Shown: positions 13,651 to 28,345, numbered from the stretch's first letter. The stretch: DNA of 64,000 nt from Octopus sinensis (GCF_006345805.1 NC_043005.1:35650001-35714000), one strand, 5' to 3'. A program made the numbers and translations. The notes: generated from the letters alone by a model not told the origin.

Positions 13651-13719
13651 CATTATTATTATTATCATCATCATCATCATCATCATCCTCATCATCATTA
13701 TTATTGTTATTATTATTAT

Positions 13720-13940
13720 TAAGGTGGTTGGCAGGATCGTCAGCACGTTGGACAAAATAAAATGATTAGTGGCATTTCTGCTGGCTTTACTTTCTGAGTT
13801 CAAATTCCGGCAAGGTTGAGTTTGCTTTTCATCCTTTCGGGGTCGGTAAAAATAAGTAACAATTAAACACCGGGGTCGATGCTATTGACTTACCTACTCT
13901 TGTGAAATTGCTGCCCTTGTGCCAAAATTTGAAGTTATTA
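13720..13940 (+). mobile_element. SINE group A short form (other diverged copies near 13497-13590, 14455-14875, 18985-19190, 19665-19950, 27050-27230, 28385-28660, 39185-39355, 44915-45330, 55270-55480)
   Basis: gagttcaaattcc B-box region and the gtcgactttgcctttcatcctttcggggtcg central domain recur across copies. Confidence 0.75.
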
Positions 13941-15652
13941 TTATTCATTTTTCCTTACCCGGATGCATTTCGATCCTGCAATGACGACGTTTTCAACGAA
14001 GATACATCTCTATTGATACATATTTTACGAAAACTATTTTATACAGCATTGCGGAAAAAAAGTTCTATTTGTAATTAAGAATATCTTGATGAGACTTAAC
14101 TTCAAAATATTCAATCAATTGAGTTTTGTCGGACGAATTGGCTAACATCCAATATGTGGCAGTCAACGGGAAATCTCTTTATCACCGTTGCCCGTAAGTG
14201 TCTTATAGTTTTACAGATCTTATCAGTGTTTTTTGCCTGCTTATTACCTCAGGCGGTTAATCCCACTTAATTATAATTTCACTTCCACTTATCATGATAA
14301 TCTGTCCATTTAGCTCGAATCGGATGCATTTGCCGAAAATTAGAGATAAAATCATTCTTTGAATATTCCAAAGATATGCTTTATTGAACTCTGTATGTTG
14401 GAATCTACTCCGGAGGCTTGATTGGTTGTGATCAAGATGAATTTGTTGTTTCTAATTAAGGCACAAGGCCAGCAATTTTGAAGGCAGAAGCAAAATCAAT
14501 ATCATCGATCCCAACACTTAGACTGGTATGGTTTTATTTTTATCGAACTCCGAAAGAATGAAAGACAAAGTTGACTTCAGCGGAGTTTGAACCGAGACAG
14601 CATAATTAGAAGAGAAACCGGAAAGTACTTTTCTCATGCTCTAACGATACGCTTTCACCAAGTTCACTTAATCACTTTCTTTTATTGGCACAAGGCTTGA
14701 AATTTTGTGGGGAGGTGATTAGTCGATTACATCACTAGTGCTCGACTGGTATTGAGCATGAAAGAATGAAAGGCAAACTCAACCTCGGCGGCAATTGAAC
14801 TCAGAACGTAAAGCCGGAATAAACGTCACTAAGCATTTTCGCCGGTGTACCAACGGTTTTGCCAGCTCACTGTCTTGAACAAGTTTAATCAAAATCAATT
14901 CGAAATAAACCAGATTTAATTAATCCATTGGTGATACATTCCTAATTAAGCATATTTTATGCTTTAATTTTTCTGGTAATAGACGACTGTGCTAAAGGGA
15001 GAACACTCAACACAGCCCCAATTCTTACAAGGTGAACTCTGCAATATCTTCGTACAATAACTGACATTATTACTGTTGTCGTATTAAGATAGTTAATCTG
15101 AGCATTAATAACATAACAGAAGAAAACATGTCTCTACCTTACAATAACAATCTTGAAAGATTGTTTTGTTTATTAACCTAACACAACTAATTCCCTCTCA
15201 AAAGATTGCTACTCTTTTACTAACAATTACATTTCTCCAAGATTGTTGTTCTTATTCCAATTAATACTTCTGCTAAAGAAAGTCGACAGCTGGTTGGCGC
15301 GGTGGAGTCTTGCATTAAATTCCTGATGGCATTTTAGTTAGACCTAAGCTCAAATCTTTACCCAAACTGGCTCCGAATTTTATCCTTGTGGAGTCAACAA
15401 AATGTCTCTCCGTTAACTACAACAGTCGCCTTACACTTCACTTCGAAAATAGAGTGACTTTATTCCACTATTAAATATCCTTATTTTTGGATGTTCAGCT
15501 GACAACCTAATGATATTTTCTCTCTCTGTGTTTGCTGTTGTTGCCAAACTACTCATTTCTATGGAGAAGAGGCTGAGATCCTATCTGAACCAGACAGTAA
15601 TAAGAATGTAATTACCTGTCTGAGATTAGTAAATAAAATAATTAAACAAGAA

Positions 15653-15697
<45 letters not shown>

Positions 15698-15809
15698 CAT
15701 TATTATTAATATTATTATTATTGTTATTGTTATTGTTGGAGTGACATTTTTTCTTCCATCAAGTTATTAACGTTCAGTTAATTGACTTCAATTTGCAATG
15801 CATGTAGTA

Positions 15810-15865
<56 letters not shown>

Positions 15866-16034
15866 GTATGTATTATGTATGTGTGTATGTATGTGGATAT
15901 ACATTTCTTTATGTTTATATGTGTGTGTGAGCGTAAATATATACTTGTATATACATGCATATATCATACAAGTATGTACATGCAGTTGTTATGTCTACAC
16001 ACTCATCCACATATACGTTTTTCTTTGAGTTTTA

Positions 16035-17715
16035 TTTAAGTTCTTAAGAGAATTGAAGCCGGTCACTAACAAAGTGACAAGACTTTTTGAGTTGAGAGAG
16101 TTCCCGGTCTTTGTAAATATGTGATCGAGTTAGTGTGTTGGTTGAAATGTCAATACATACCTACGTGCGTGCAACTATTCATCTAAAGAATCTGAGTTAG
16201 AGAATCTTTAGAATGTCTTCACTGTGCCAATTATAGATTGAGTTTGAAGAACCCGCATCAGTTTCTTTTGATCTTTCTTCGAAGAATAATAAGTATTTCT
16301 AGGTTTTTGCGAGAATTTGTTAGTACAAAAATTAATGCACCTATGATGATAGGTATAAACGAGAATCTATAGTCAGGATACCACAACTGTAAGTTCCGCA
16401 TTAACTCACCATAAATGTTTTCATTTTCCTGGACTTTTGATGGTACATTCACATCCGCTGGGCAGCTGGCCTCTACAACATTGCATATCTTTTGTTCCCT
16501 GTCCCACAGAACAATATCTGGTCTGTTATGTTTGCACTGAATTGATGTTTTTATTGGGATGTTCCACCAATATTCCTTGTTTTTAAAGGTGTGAATACCT
16601 GCTGGTTCTGACGTGCCTTTGATGTATTCGTCAGTGCAGTCCTTCCTGCTGATAGCATTGTAAATAGTCTTTGCAACTATTTCATACGCCAGGGAAAGGT
16701 AGTATCTCATAGACATTTTGGGACAGCTACTGATAATGAAGGTGATATCTTCCACACTGATATAGTAGAGCCCACATATCTTATCACAACATGGAGCTGT
16801 GGTGCTATCTTTGTCTGTCTTGTTTTTCAGGTATATAGTAGCTATCTCCTGTTCCTGAATGGCGAAGTCATATCCTTCTAGGTGAGTTGTAATGCATCTG
16901 TTACAGGTCCGGGAGACTACTCTTATTGTCTATGTTGTCGTTGGCCTCTAGTCCACAGGATATGTACCCATACCTTGCTTTTTACTGGCATGATGCCTAC
17001 TTCTCCTCCAAGCTTCTGTTTAGGTAAGCCAGTCCAGCTTCCTTTGGGTCGCATGGGACTGTTGTATTTTGAGAGTACCTGGACAGTAGTTCTCCAACAC
17101 TGAAAATGTTGTTGCTCTCACTTTTGAATAGGCATGGATGTATTTACTTCTTTCTTTACTTTTCAGCAGATGTTGTCCGAGTGATACAATACGGCATTCT
17201 AAGGATATTTGGACTGACCTTATACCGCTACTACCATCACTTCGTCTCACATAGATCCAATTGGTGTCGCTGTTAATATGCAAGTTGCTTGTGGTGGCCA
17301 GTACCTTGCTGGTTTTGATGTCCGGGCTGCGTTTCTTGCCGAGTATCCAGTATAATATCCCACATGTTGGTACTAATACTGGCACTGCAAAAGCATGGTG
17401 AGATATGGTCTTGTTAAATGCAAACAGCTCTGGGTTCCATATTTTCTGGAGTCTGCAGTACTCTTTTGTTATTCTGGCTTTCGTCACAGGACCAACGTAT
17501 GCAACATTCTCATCAATTCCAAGAAACTTGTAGTCTTCATCATTAGAGATATGGAAGATAGACAAGCCATTGATGTACATGTTCTCTGGATGGGCAAGAA
17601 TCTTTCCTCTGTTGACTATAAGCATTTAACTTGCCCAAACTCATATCTTCATATCTCAGTCTCGCAAGAATATTGTCCAAAAGCTGGGATCTTGAATTTG
17701 AACTACTTATTCTCT
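16035..17715 (-). mobile_element. 5'-truncated, degenerate R4/Dong-like non-LTR retrotransposon (RT C-terminus, CCHC knuckle, restriction-like endonuclease)
   Basis: ORF 17020-17625 YKFLGIDE...NKTISHHAFAVPVL...IYVRRSDG; ORF 16258-16755 EDITFIISSC, YWWNIPI, HNRPDIVLWD...VVEASCP, IPIIIGAL. Confidence 0.85.
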
Positions 17716-17728
17716 CGCTATTTTGCAA

Positions 17729-17973
17729 TGTGTATGTATGTATGTATGTATGTATGTATGTATGTATGTATGTATGTATGTATGTATGTGTATGTATGTA
17801 TGTATGTATGTATGTATGTATGTATGTATGTATGTATGTATGTATGTATGTATGTATGTATGCATGCATGAATGTATGTATGTATGTATGTATGTATGTA
17901 TGTATGTATGTATGTATGTATGCATGCATGTATGTATGTATGTATGTATGTATGTATGTATGTATGTATGTAT
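17729..17973. repeat. (TATG)n microsatellite
   Basis: Direct reading. Confidence 0.95.
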
Positions 17974-18164
17974 TTAAATTCCAAAAGTCATAATAACTGG
18001 AGGGAGAATCCCTAGTGACGCCTTTTGCATGAAGGAGATGTAGTTAAGCGGAGCGTGAGTGATCACGTATAATGTAGAATGTCCATTGTTAGTTTAACAA
18101 TGTTATTAATATGTGAAACAATTCCTTTTCATCAGAATTTTAGGATTAATAAATTGATTATCTT

Positions 18165-18507
18165 TTTAACTTTTACTTGTTTAAGTCATTGGATTGAGGC
18201 CATACTGGAGCACCGCCTTAATGGGTTTTACTTAAAGGGTTTTTACTCAAACGGAATGAACCCCAGTACGTGTTTTTTTAAGCTTGGTATTTACTCTATC
18301 GGTCTCTTTTGCCGAATAGTTATGATACAGGGACGTAAATAAACAACACTAGCTGTCAATCAGTGGTGGGAGCCAAACACATACACACATACACACATAC
18401 ATACATACATACATACATACATACATACATACATGCACGTGTATGTATATATATGTATATATGTGTGTACATGTATATATGCATGTTTATACACACACAC
18501 ACACACG

Positions 18508-18582
<75 letters not shown>

Positions 18583-18765
18583 GCACACACAAAGGGCTTC
18601 TTTCAGTTTCTGTCTATCAGATTCTCACACAAATCTTTGGTCGATCCAGGGCTATTGAAGAAAACACTTGCACAAGGTGCCACGCAGTGGGACTCGACCC
18701 GAAAAGAACCATGCGGTCAGGAAGCACAGCCGGGCCTGCGCTTATTTTAACCACACACCTACGCC
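18165..18765 (-). mobile_element. SINE group B with expanded internal microsatellite
   Basis: Both halves are homologous to 27911-28345, separated by about 210 bp of (TACA)/(CA)/(TA) repeats. Confidence 0.75.
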
Positions 18766-20310
18766 TACAATATTAGTAATTTATTACAAAATAACATTTG
18801 TAGCAGTGATCCCAAAAAATTACTTTGCCATGATAACGTTCATGAACCTTTTAAACTCCAGCCTGCCTGATATCGCCCTTAGTTCTGTAATACAGATTTT
18901 CCTATTTCAAAGCCACGCAAATTAAGACTTACTATCAAAATTTCATTTTAATTTGTGTTTCAAGCACCAACTTAATATTGGTTTCAGATTTTGGCACTAG
19001 GTCAGCAAGTTCAAGGGTAGGTCGAGTACATCGATCCCAGTACTCAACTTGGTATTTATTTCATTGACTCTGAAAGAATTAATGACTAAGTCAACCCCGG
19101 CAGAATTTGAACTCAGAACATAAAAGCAGACGAAATGCTGCAAAACATTCTGTTCAGTGTGCTAACGATTCGGCTAGCTCACCGCCTTATAAAAACACCA
19201 ACTTAATAATGACAGTTATTTCATTAAATTCTTCATTATTTTCCCATGTAATTGGAACAAATTCAGTGTATTTTGCAAAAATATGTTAACAACTGGGTAA
19301 CCAATTATCGCAAAATGTTGCGTGTTTCAGTTGTTCTAAGTCAACAAATAGACGATCGACAACAGAGAAACTATTTGAATAAGAGGCCTCTTCACAGTAG
19401 CTTAACTTGTTAGAAATAGCACCTAAGTGTGCCTTATAAAGGCATGTAGGCAAGTGTACTCGAGATACTGTACTCCTAGATATATAATGCATCTGGAGTC
19501 ACATTATTTTAAGGAGGGAACGATTACGGTTTGAATGCATTGCATCGCAGATATTTCTAGCCAGGGTCAATATGAGATACCGAGAACCACAGTAACGACA
19601 AGAGCAGCAACAACAACAACAAGTGAAAATTACTGACCAACGTTTAACATTGTCTGCCAAAGCAAGCGGTGAGGTGGCAGAATCGTTAGCATGCCGAGCA
19701 AAAAGCGTAGCGGCATTTCGTCTGCCTTTACGTTTGAAACCGATATTATTTGCTGAAGCATGTCAGGCAAAATGATTAGCAACATTACGTTCGTCTTTAT
19801 GTTCTGAGTTCAAATTCCGCCAATGTCGACTTTGTATTTCATCCTTTCGGGGTCGGTAAAATAAGTGCTAGTTGAGCACTGGAGTCGATATAATCGACTT
19901 AACCCCTCCACTGAAATTAATGGTCTTGTACCAAAATCTGAAACCAATATTATCTACCGAAGCAGCGACATCTGCTGAACCATCCGTTTAAATAGTAAGG
20001 TACATTAGTTTCAACGATATATGTTCTTCATACATCATGACAAGATCTGATTATGAGCTCCGTCCACTCCGACCATGTAAATAAATAATCACAGACTTTT
20101 CCCCTTTAATTCTTTAATGGTCAGAAGACGAAGAGCTGATATTATGACCGTTTTCGCTGGTGAGAGTAAAGAGGGAAGATATTCTCAGACTAGAATGCTT
20201 TCCACATTCGACCCCGCTAAAACTTCCTAAAGAAGGTCAGCTGATGGTTTTAAACCGGGTTCTGGATTAAGTCTACCAGCCAAGCTAACAAATAGGTGTA
20301 ATATCTTATC

Positions 20311-20565
20311 CAGTGTTTCTTAACCATTTTTTTTACCTATGGACCCATTTAATTCCTATTTTATTCAGGTGGATCCTCATAACCATTTCAGGTTTATTTT
20401 AAAGTCCTATGATATTTTTATAATTATTATTTGGAATTGCATTAGGAAATTGTTAAAATATTTTGTGCATTGTAAAAGTATAAACAATTTACTGCACATA
20501 ACCTTTAGCAACAAAATTCTATACGAACCCCCAAGGGTCATGTGGACCTCCGATGAGAACCTCTG
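20311..20565. mobile_element. Old hAT/Charlie-like MITE
   Basis: Imperfect TIRs cagtgtttcttaacc / gatgagaacctctg; flanking 8-mers atcttatc and gtctaatt match at 5 of 8 positions. Confidence 0.45.
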
Positions 20566-20850
20566 GTCTAATTATTAAGGGTTTGGTTACTTTGTACTGC
20601 TAAATGTAAATCTTGTTTGATGTGGCTCTGGGCTATGATACACTACCATGGGATTACACCATGGTTGTATTTTCTTAAGTGGATATGTACCGAACAAATG
20701 TTTGCTGCTAATGTTGTGAATGGTGTCTTTGGAAGCAGCGCATTGAAGGAGCGGAACGACATTACGAAGTAAAACAAAGTGGAGAATGTAAGATGAATGT
20801 GTGTGTGAGAGAGAGAGGGGAGACCGACAGAGAGAGACAGAGATAGAAAG

Positions 20851-20895
<45 letters not shown>

Positions 20896-21184
20896 GAGTA
20901 AATAAATGTGTGTATGTCATATAGAGAGGATGACGGGAGAAAGAGAACGTATGCGAGAAAGAAAGTGTGTGTGTGTGATACAGAAAGGATGGTGGGAGGG
21001 AGAGAGAGAAAGGGAGAGAGAGTTACAGAAAGGTGAGACTGTAAGTGAAGAGCAGAAGTGTTGGGGGGTCCGAGCAAGTGTTTTCCCGCTGTGGATCTGA
21101 TGTGGAGACAACAGTGCATAAAAACAAACAAAACTACACTCACATACATACACATATAAAAAAACACACACATGTATGTGTGTG

Positions 21185-21233
<49 letters not shown>

Positions 21234-21436
21234 GCATGGATATTAAATATTTGGTATATCCAAAAGCAAGGTTTAGGAAATTACGATGCTCATGCCTGTT
21301 TCCAAAGGTATTACCAGAAGAGAAACAGTTCCAGTTAGGCAATAAATCTGAGTAACAGATCGTGACAGAACGGAACGCAAATGGCGAACTATGGGGGGGG
21401 GGGCAGCCGTTTCTACGTAATAAGAACAACGGAAAT

Positions 21437-21515
21437 AATGATGACGACGACGGTGATGGTAATGAAGATGATGATGATGATGATGATGGTGGTGTGGTGA
21501 TGATGATGATGGTGT

Positions 21516-21550
<35 letters not shown>

Positions 21551-21632
21551 GTGATGATGGTGATGATGATGGTGATGGTGATGATGATGATGATGATGAT
21601 GATGATGGTGATGATGGTGATGATGATGGTGG

Positions 21633-21676
<44 letters not shown>

Positions 21677-21688
21677 GTGATGATGGTG

Positions 21689-21720
<32 letters not shown>

Positions 21721-21738
21721 GATGATGATGATGATGAC

Positions 21739-21781
<43 letters not shown>

Positions 21782-21790
21782 GTAATGAAG
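21437..21790. repeat. (GAT)n/(GGT) compound microsatellite
   Basis: Direct reading; source of the poly-Met/His/Ile ORFs. Confidence 0.95.
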
Positions 21791-22526
21791 ATGGCGGCGA
21801 TGTGTCTTGCGCACGACTTCATCGCCAAAGCTGTCATATTTGGCGTGTATTTGTGTTTAAGCACGCGTACACACACACACACACAGACACACACACACAC
21901 ACACACACATAAAAACACACACAAACACACAAACACACACACACACAGACAGAAAGAATTGTGTGAGTGTGTTTATTAATATATATATATAAAAATATAT
22001 ATATATAAAAATACATACATATACATATATATATATTTACATATATATACATTAATACATATATATAATATATATATATATATATCGGTATATACACATA
22101 TATATTTATATATGCATATATATAGATATATAAAAATATATATATATGCATATATATATGTATGTATGTATTTATCAATCTATCTATCTATCTATCTCTC
22201 TCTCTCTCTCTCTCTCTCCTCTATATATATATATATATATATATTATAATATAATATATATATACATACATATACATATAATCTGTATTTTTACGCAAGC
22301 AAACGTACGGACTCATGCACCCGCGCACACACATACATACACCTTTTCTGTGCGCGCGTATTTATATCTCTATCTGTCGATGTGACGTCATATCTTACCG
22401 ACAAAGCGATAACTTGACATCAATGTTGATTTTACTTTTTCACATCAACAAACCAGGCTTTAATCTACTCCCTCCATCTCATTCTTTTTCCACTTTAACT
22501 TCATATTGCTCCTCCACCACTCTCGG

Positions 22527-23836
22527 TTTCTTCTTCTTCTTCTACTTCTTCTTCTTTTTCTTCTACTTCTTGTTTTCCGTTTCCTTCTTCTTCTTCTTTT
22601 TCTTCTTCTTTTTCTTCTTCTTCAGCTTCTTCTTCTTCTCCTCCTCCTCATCCTTCTTCTCTTCCTCCCCCTCCTCTTCCTTATTTTTCGTCTTCTTTTT
22701 CTTTTTCTTCTTCCTCTCCTCCTCATTTTTCTTCTTCTTTTTCTTTTTCTTCTTCCTCTCCTCCTCATTTTTCTTCTTCTTCTTCTTCTTCTTCTTCTTC
22801 TTCTTCTTCTTCTTCTTCTTGTATTTCTTCTTTTTCTTCTTCTTTTTCTTCTGCTTCTTCTTCTTCAGCTTCTTCTTTCGTGTTCCTTTTCCTTTTCATT
22901 TTAATTCTCTTCTTCGTCGTCTTTTCTTCTTTTTCTTCATTTTGAGTGACAATATAAGACGGCAAGTTAACAGAGTGAGAGAGGAGAGAGGGAGAAAGAG
23001 TAGGGGTTAGAGGCAAATGAGAGAAAGAGACAAAAGACTCAATGAATATCTCCTTATCTTCTTTCATACTGCTTCCTTCTCCTCCTTCTCCTCTTCATCT
23101 TCAACTTCATCATCATCATCATCATCATCAACCATCATCAATGTTGTGATCCATTTCTAAACTTCTCTTCTTTTAGTCTCCGCCACTCATTAACCTATCT
23201 TTCTTTTATTTTTTTGTTCCTTTTTACTCATTTCTATTCTTCTTCCCTTATCATTCTTTAGTCACCCCCCCGCCACTTCTAGCAATCTATCACCATTCCC
23301 TTCTCATTTTTCTCTTTTGTAGTCTCCTTCCTCTAATTTCTCTAACTAAATCTCCCTCTCTCTTTCTTTCTCTCTTCTCTCACACACTCTCCCTTTCTCT
23401 CTTCCATCTTCTCTCCTTCTCTGTGTCTCCTCCTTTCTCTCTCCCTGCCGCCCTCCCCCTCTCCCTCACTCACTAATGCACTACCACTTCCACTCTCTTC
23501 CCTTCACCTCATTTATCCTATCTCTCCCTCTCTCTCCTTCCCTCTCTCTTTCTCTGCCTTACCCTTTCTTTCACCCTTTTGCATTATCTTCTCCCCCTTT
23601 CTACTGCTATAATTTCCCTCACAAATATCTCTACTCTCTCTCTATTTCTTCACCTTTTCTATATCACCCTCTATTTCCTCACTCTCTTCCTCCCATTCGC
23701 TTCTTTTCTCTCTATCTATTTCTCTTTATTTTTCTTTCTCATTTCTCTTTGTTCCTTCATACGCCTCATTCCTCTCTTCCACTTCTCAGCTTGTTCTTTG
23801 CATGTATATTGTACTTTTTCCTAACCCTCGTTCAAC

Positions 23837-23909
<73 letters not shown>

Positions 23910-23918
23910 CATCTATCC

Positions 23919-23994
<76 letters not shown>

Positions 23995-23995
23995 C
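22527..23995. repeat. Polypyrimidine (TTC/TCC/CT) low-complexity block and (CTAT)n tract
   Basis: Direct reading. Confidence 0.85.
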
Positions 23996-25214
23996 ATCCC
24001 TTTGTCTATATTTGCCTATCTATTGCCCAGTCCTCTCTCTCTTTCTCACTCTCTTTCTCCCTCCTCTCTCAAGGGAAATTATTTGTCGTAATCTTATCTA
24101 AGCGATATTTCTCACCAAGACAAGAGAAGCAGTCGTGACGTATGTGAAACAGTTTTATCTGCGACTCGAAACCAGGTCGCGACAAAGGCTGAGAATTTGT
24201 CACAGACTCTGGTGACAGTGATAGTTTCTGACACAAGGTCTCAGATAAAGCAAATCTAAGAAGTAATGCTGTTCATGCCATTCCCAATGGTCTCAGTGAT
24301 TTAAATGACCGTAACAGAAACACCGATCCAACGAACAACCCTTTGTGTGGTCATCCAGTTTGCTAGAAACAAAAGCCAAATTTCCCTTAAATAACATCCT
24401 ACCATCTTGGAAACAAAAAGGAAAGCAAAAAAAAAAATGAAAGAAAGAAAACAGAACAGACTAGACACATTTGATTATGGAGATAACCAGCATATATATA
24501 AGAATTTTGCCTGGAAGATTACAGCTGGGTTAACTATGCTCATTGTTCAGTTCCATCACGGTTGATTGGGGGTAATCAATAGCAACACCAAGTTGGGTGT
24601 CCAATAATGCAGCTTCAACGTGGTCCATCGACATGCTACAGATAGTAGTCGAATAGTACCAAATCATAATATTTTGTCGTCGTCGCTTCTTCTTCTTCTT
24701 CTTCTCTTCTTCTTCTTCTTCTTCTTCTTCTTCTTCTTCTTCTTCTTCTTCTTCTTCTTCCTTCCCCTCCTCCACCTTCATCTTCTTATTTACATGTTTC
24801 CGAAAAGCACGAGAGATACTATAGTCTTATACGTATCACTAAAACGTTTGGCGGGTCACGGCTGGATTGATTATAATAATAGATTAGCTTGATCAAGGAT
24901 CACTTGGGATGAAACTTGTGCAACAGCCACAATAGCAACAACAACAACAGTAACTACAGGACATCACTGTTCCAGGACTCATTGAACAGAAGCTTAACAC
25001 GGTTTCCATACCGCAAAAGTGATCTGAGATCCCAACGTACCCCTGAACAGACGACCGTCCGTCACAAGGTTGCTCATTTACAGCTGAATGGAATGGAGTA
25101 ATGTGAAATGAAGCGTTTTGCTCTAGAACACAACCCACCGTCTGATCCAGGGATCGAAGTCCCTGATATTGCGATTGTGAATGCAATACCCTAGCTATGC
25201 TCCTTCACACAATA

Positions 25215-25766
25215 CGGTAATCCCTCGTCATATCGCGGTTCACCTACCGCAGTTTATTATTTAAGCTTACGTCATTTCCTCCGTGGTGTTGCTTTGCATT
25301 TATAATAAGATAAATATATACAAATTATTGTTTATTCCTTCTCGAGCCACGCCAGGCTCATTAGGGACGGTTTCCCGGTTTCCTTGGTGTATAGGTTCCC
25401 CACCTGAACAGGACGCCGGTCCGTCGCAGGTGAGCTGCAAGATGCAGGAGGAAAGAGTGAGAGAAAGTTGTAGCGAAAAAGTCAGCAGAAGTTCGCCATT
25501 ACCTTCTGCCGGAGCCGCGTGGAGCTTTAGGTGTTTCGCTCATAAACACACACGTCGCCCGGTCTGAGATTCGAACCCGCGATCCCTCGACCGCGAGTCC
25601 GCTGCTCTAACCACAAGACCATGTACCCCCACTATATACAAATTATAAAGATAATTTTAAAAAAGTATACAGTACAGTACTGTTTCTACTTCGCGGATTT
25701 TCACCTGTCCCACGGCGGGGTGGGCGGTGATGGAACGTAACACCCACGATAGTTGAGGGATTGCTG
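25215..25766. mobile_element. Tigger/pogo-like MITE interrupted by a SINE
   Basis: TIRs ta-cggtaatccctcg / tgagggattgctg-ta with TA TSD. Confidence 0.7.
25329..25632 (-). mobile_element. tRNA-derived SINE, group C (V-domain-like 3' part)
   Basis: A/B boxes on the minus strand (tggtcttgtgg, ggttcgaatc); 14-bp TSD tatatacaaattat at 25315-25328 and 25633-25646. Confidence 0.85.
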
Positions 25767-27459
25767 TACATCAGAAAGTAAGACAAATAAAATGAGAGTA
25801 ATGTAGCATTGACCAACCTTAGTCGGCAAAGAATTCACAATTCACAGCACAAGCAACTTTTTAAAATAAAAAAAAAAACGGAAAAATCCTCCGAGATTGT
25901 GAAGATCCTTAATTTCCGTACCAATTGCCATGTGATAGTAACATTCATTGAACTGATAAGTAGACAACGCGAAATAAAATGCTTTGCTTAAGGATACAAC
26001 GCGCGTATCGAAACCACAATCTTGCAATCCTAAGTGCCACACCCTAACCACTTAGCCACGCGTCATCACCACTACCACCACCAACAACAGCAACATCTTA
26101 ATCAACTGGAATGTTTGAGTCTAGTTTTGGCGGGAATATTACCTTCTTATCTCTATTTACCTAACCCTGCCAGTTATCTTCTCCCTAGTGTATCACCTCG
26201 CGCCTCACTAATTTCTTTCTTCTTTCATTGGATGTCTTTCAAATTTCTTTAATCCTTTTTCATTGTACTTGCTTTTCATTTTTTTTTCCAATTATTCTTT
26301 CTTTTTATTTGGTTTTAGTTTTCCTTTCACTTCTTTTCTTACACTTCTTCCTTTTTTCCCACTTCTATTTCCTCTTTGTTGTTGTTCTTCTTCTTCCTTC
26401 TCCTCCTCTCCTATCTTCCCCTCCTCCTCTTCTTCTTCTTCTTCTTCTTCTTCTTCTTCTCCTTCTCCTCTTCTTTTTCTTCCTCCTCTTCTTCTTTTTC
26501 TTCTTCCTCCTCTTCTTTTACTTCTTCCTCCTCTTCTTCTTTTTCTTCTTTTTTCTCTTTTTCTTCTTCTTTTCTTCTTTTTCTTCTTCTTTTCTTCTTC
26601 TTCTTCTCCACCTCCTTCTCCACCTCCTCCTCCTCCTCCTCCTCCTCCTCGCCTCTACCCTATTTCTTCCGCTACTCACTCCCTCATTCGCTCTGTCCAC
26701 AGCTTTTTCCCACAATCCTCTTCTCTCGACAATTTTTACTCCATCCATCCATCCCTCGGAGGGCAACTTCCATTATAACATGAATCTTACTTGCCATACT
26801 ATCAACTAATACAATCACTGATTCTCCTGATAAACACGAAAGTTCTGAAAATCCCGCCGTTTCACATTACGAATATTAAACAAGGCGACGAAACTGTATA
26901 AATCCTCTACTTATCCTCTTTCTCTTTCTCTTTCTCTTTCATTCCTTTCTTTTTCTTTATTTCATTATTTATCTCACATTCCATTTACCTTTCATCCTCT
27001 CCATCACTCTTTCTATCCTTTCTCTCTTGTTACTTTAATAACTGTCCCAAATTTTTGGCACAAAGCCAGCAATTTTAGGAAGAGGCGATAAGTTGAACAT
27101 ACCGACCCAGTGCTCAACTGCTACCTCATTTTATCGACTCCGAAAGGACGAAAGACAAGCTTGTCCTCGTTAAAGAGCAGGAAGAAATGCCGCTAAACAT
27201 TTTGTCGGTGCACTAAGGATTCTGCGACATTTTTATTGCTTGTAACAGGAATGGCGTAGGAAGTTAATTTCTTTATTGCATTTTAGGCTATTTCTCTTCG
27301 GATCCCGTGAATTCCTGAGGTTGTTACTTACCTTCAGTCTCTGTACTGGTGAGGCAATATTGCAGTAATCCTTACCATGCTAGCGCTATAGCGACGGGCT
27401 GCAAAGCACTCGGCAGTTTTACTGATATATCTGTTTCAGTGATAAATTATATAATTACC

Positions 27460-27695
27460 TATTTCTTTACTACCCACAAAGGGGCTAAACACAGAGAGGA
27501 TAAACAAGGACAGACAAACGGATTAAGTCGATTACATCGACCCCAGTGCGTAACTGGCACTTAATTTATCGACCCCGAAAGGATGAAAGGCAAAGTCGAC
27601 CTCGGCGGAATTTGAACTCGGAACGTAACGGCAGACGAAATACGGCTACGCATTTCTCCCGGCGTGCTAACGTTTCTGCCAGCTCGCCGCCTTTA
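27460..27695 (-). mobile_element. Full-length SINE group A long form
   Basis: 23-bp TSD cagtgataaattatataattacc at 27437-27459 and 27696-27718. Confidence 0.9.
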
Positions 27696-27910
27696 CAGTG
27701 ATAAATTATATAATTACCGTGAAAGTATGAACTTGTGGTTACGATGCTTGACTCAAGATCGCAATGTCGTGAATTCAGTTCCTGGTCGAAGCAGCGAGTT
27801 AACTTAATCTACTATCTATATAAAGTAACGGAATACGAACAGTTAATCTCTCGATCAATGAATGTTATTTGATCATTTCTTCAATACGAATTACTTGCTA
27901 TTAAATTATA

Positions 27911-28096
27911 GGCACAGGAGTGACTGTGTGGCAAGTAGCTTGCTTACCAACCACATGGTTCCGGGTTCAGTCCCACTGCGTGGCATCTTGGGCAAGTGTC
28001 TTCTACTATAGCCTCGGGTCGACTAAAGCCTTGTGAATGGATTTGGTAGACGGAAACTGGAAGAAGCCCGTCGTATATATGTATGTATGTGTGTGT

Positions 28097-28143
<47 letters not shown>

Positions 28144-28345
28144 ATGAGTCTGTGTTTGTCCCCGCAACATCACTTGACAAATGATGCTGGTGTGTTTACG
28201 TCTCCGTAACTTAGCGGTTCGGCAAAAGAGACCGATAGAATAAGCACTAGGCTTACAAAGAATAAGTCCTGGGGTCGATTTCCTCGACTAAAGGCGGTGC
28301 TCCAGCATGACCGCAGTCAAATGACTGAAACAAGTAAAATAGTGA
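27911..28345 (+). mobile_element. Full-length SINE group B with internal (TG)n
   Basis: tRNA-like head (gtgactgtgtgg...gggttcagtccc) and conserved 3' end gcagtcaaatgactgaaacaagtaaaa; about ten copies or fragments in the window. Confidence 0.85.

Noticed and set aside
20917-23010. Long ORFs rich in poly-I/M/H/F/L (also the many YIHT/MYVC/CV ORFs)
   Set aside because: They are translations of microsatellites and show no domain content.
25560-25632. tRNA-like sequence with A and B boxes
   Set aside because: It is the head of a TSD-flanked SINE and the cloverleaf stems are poor.
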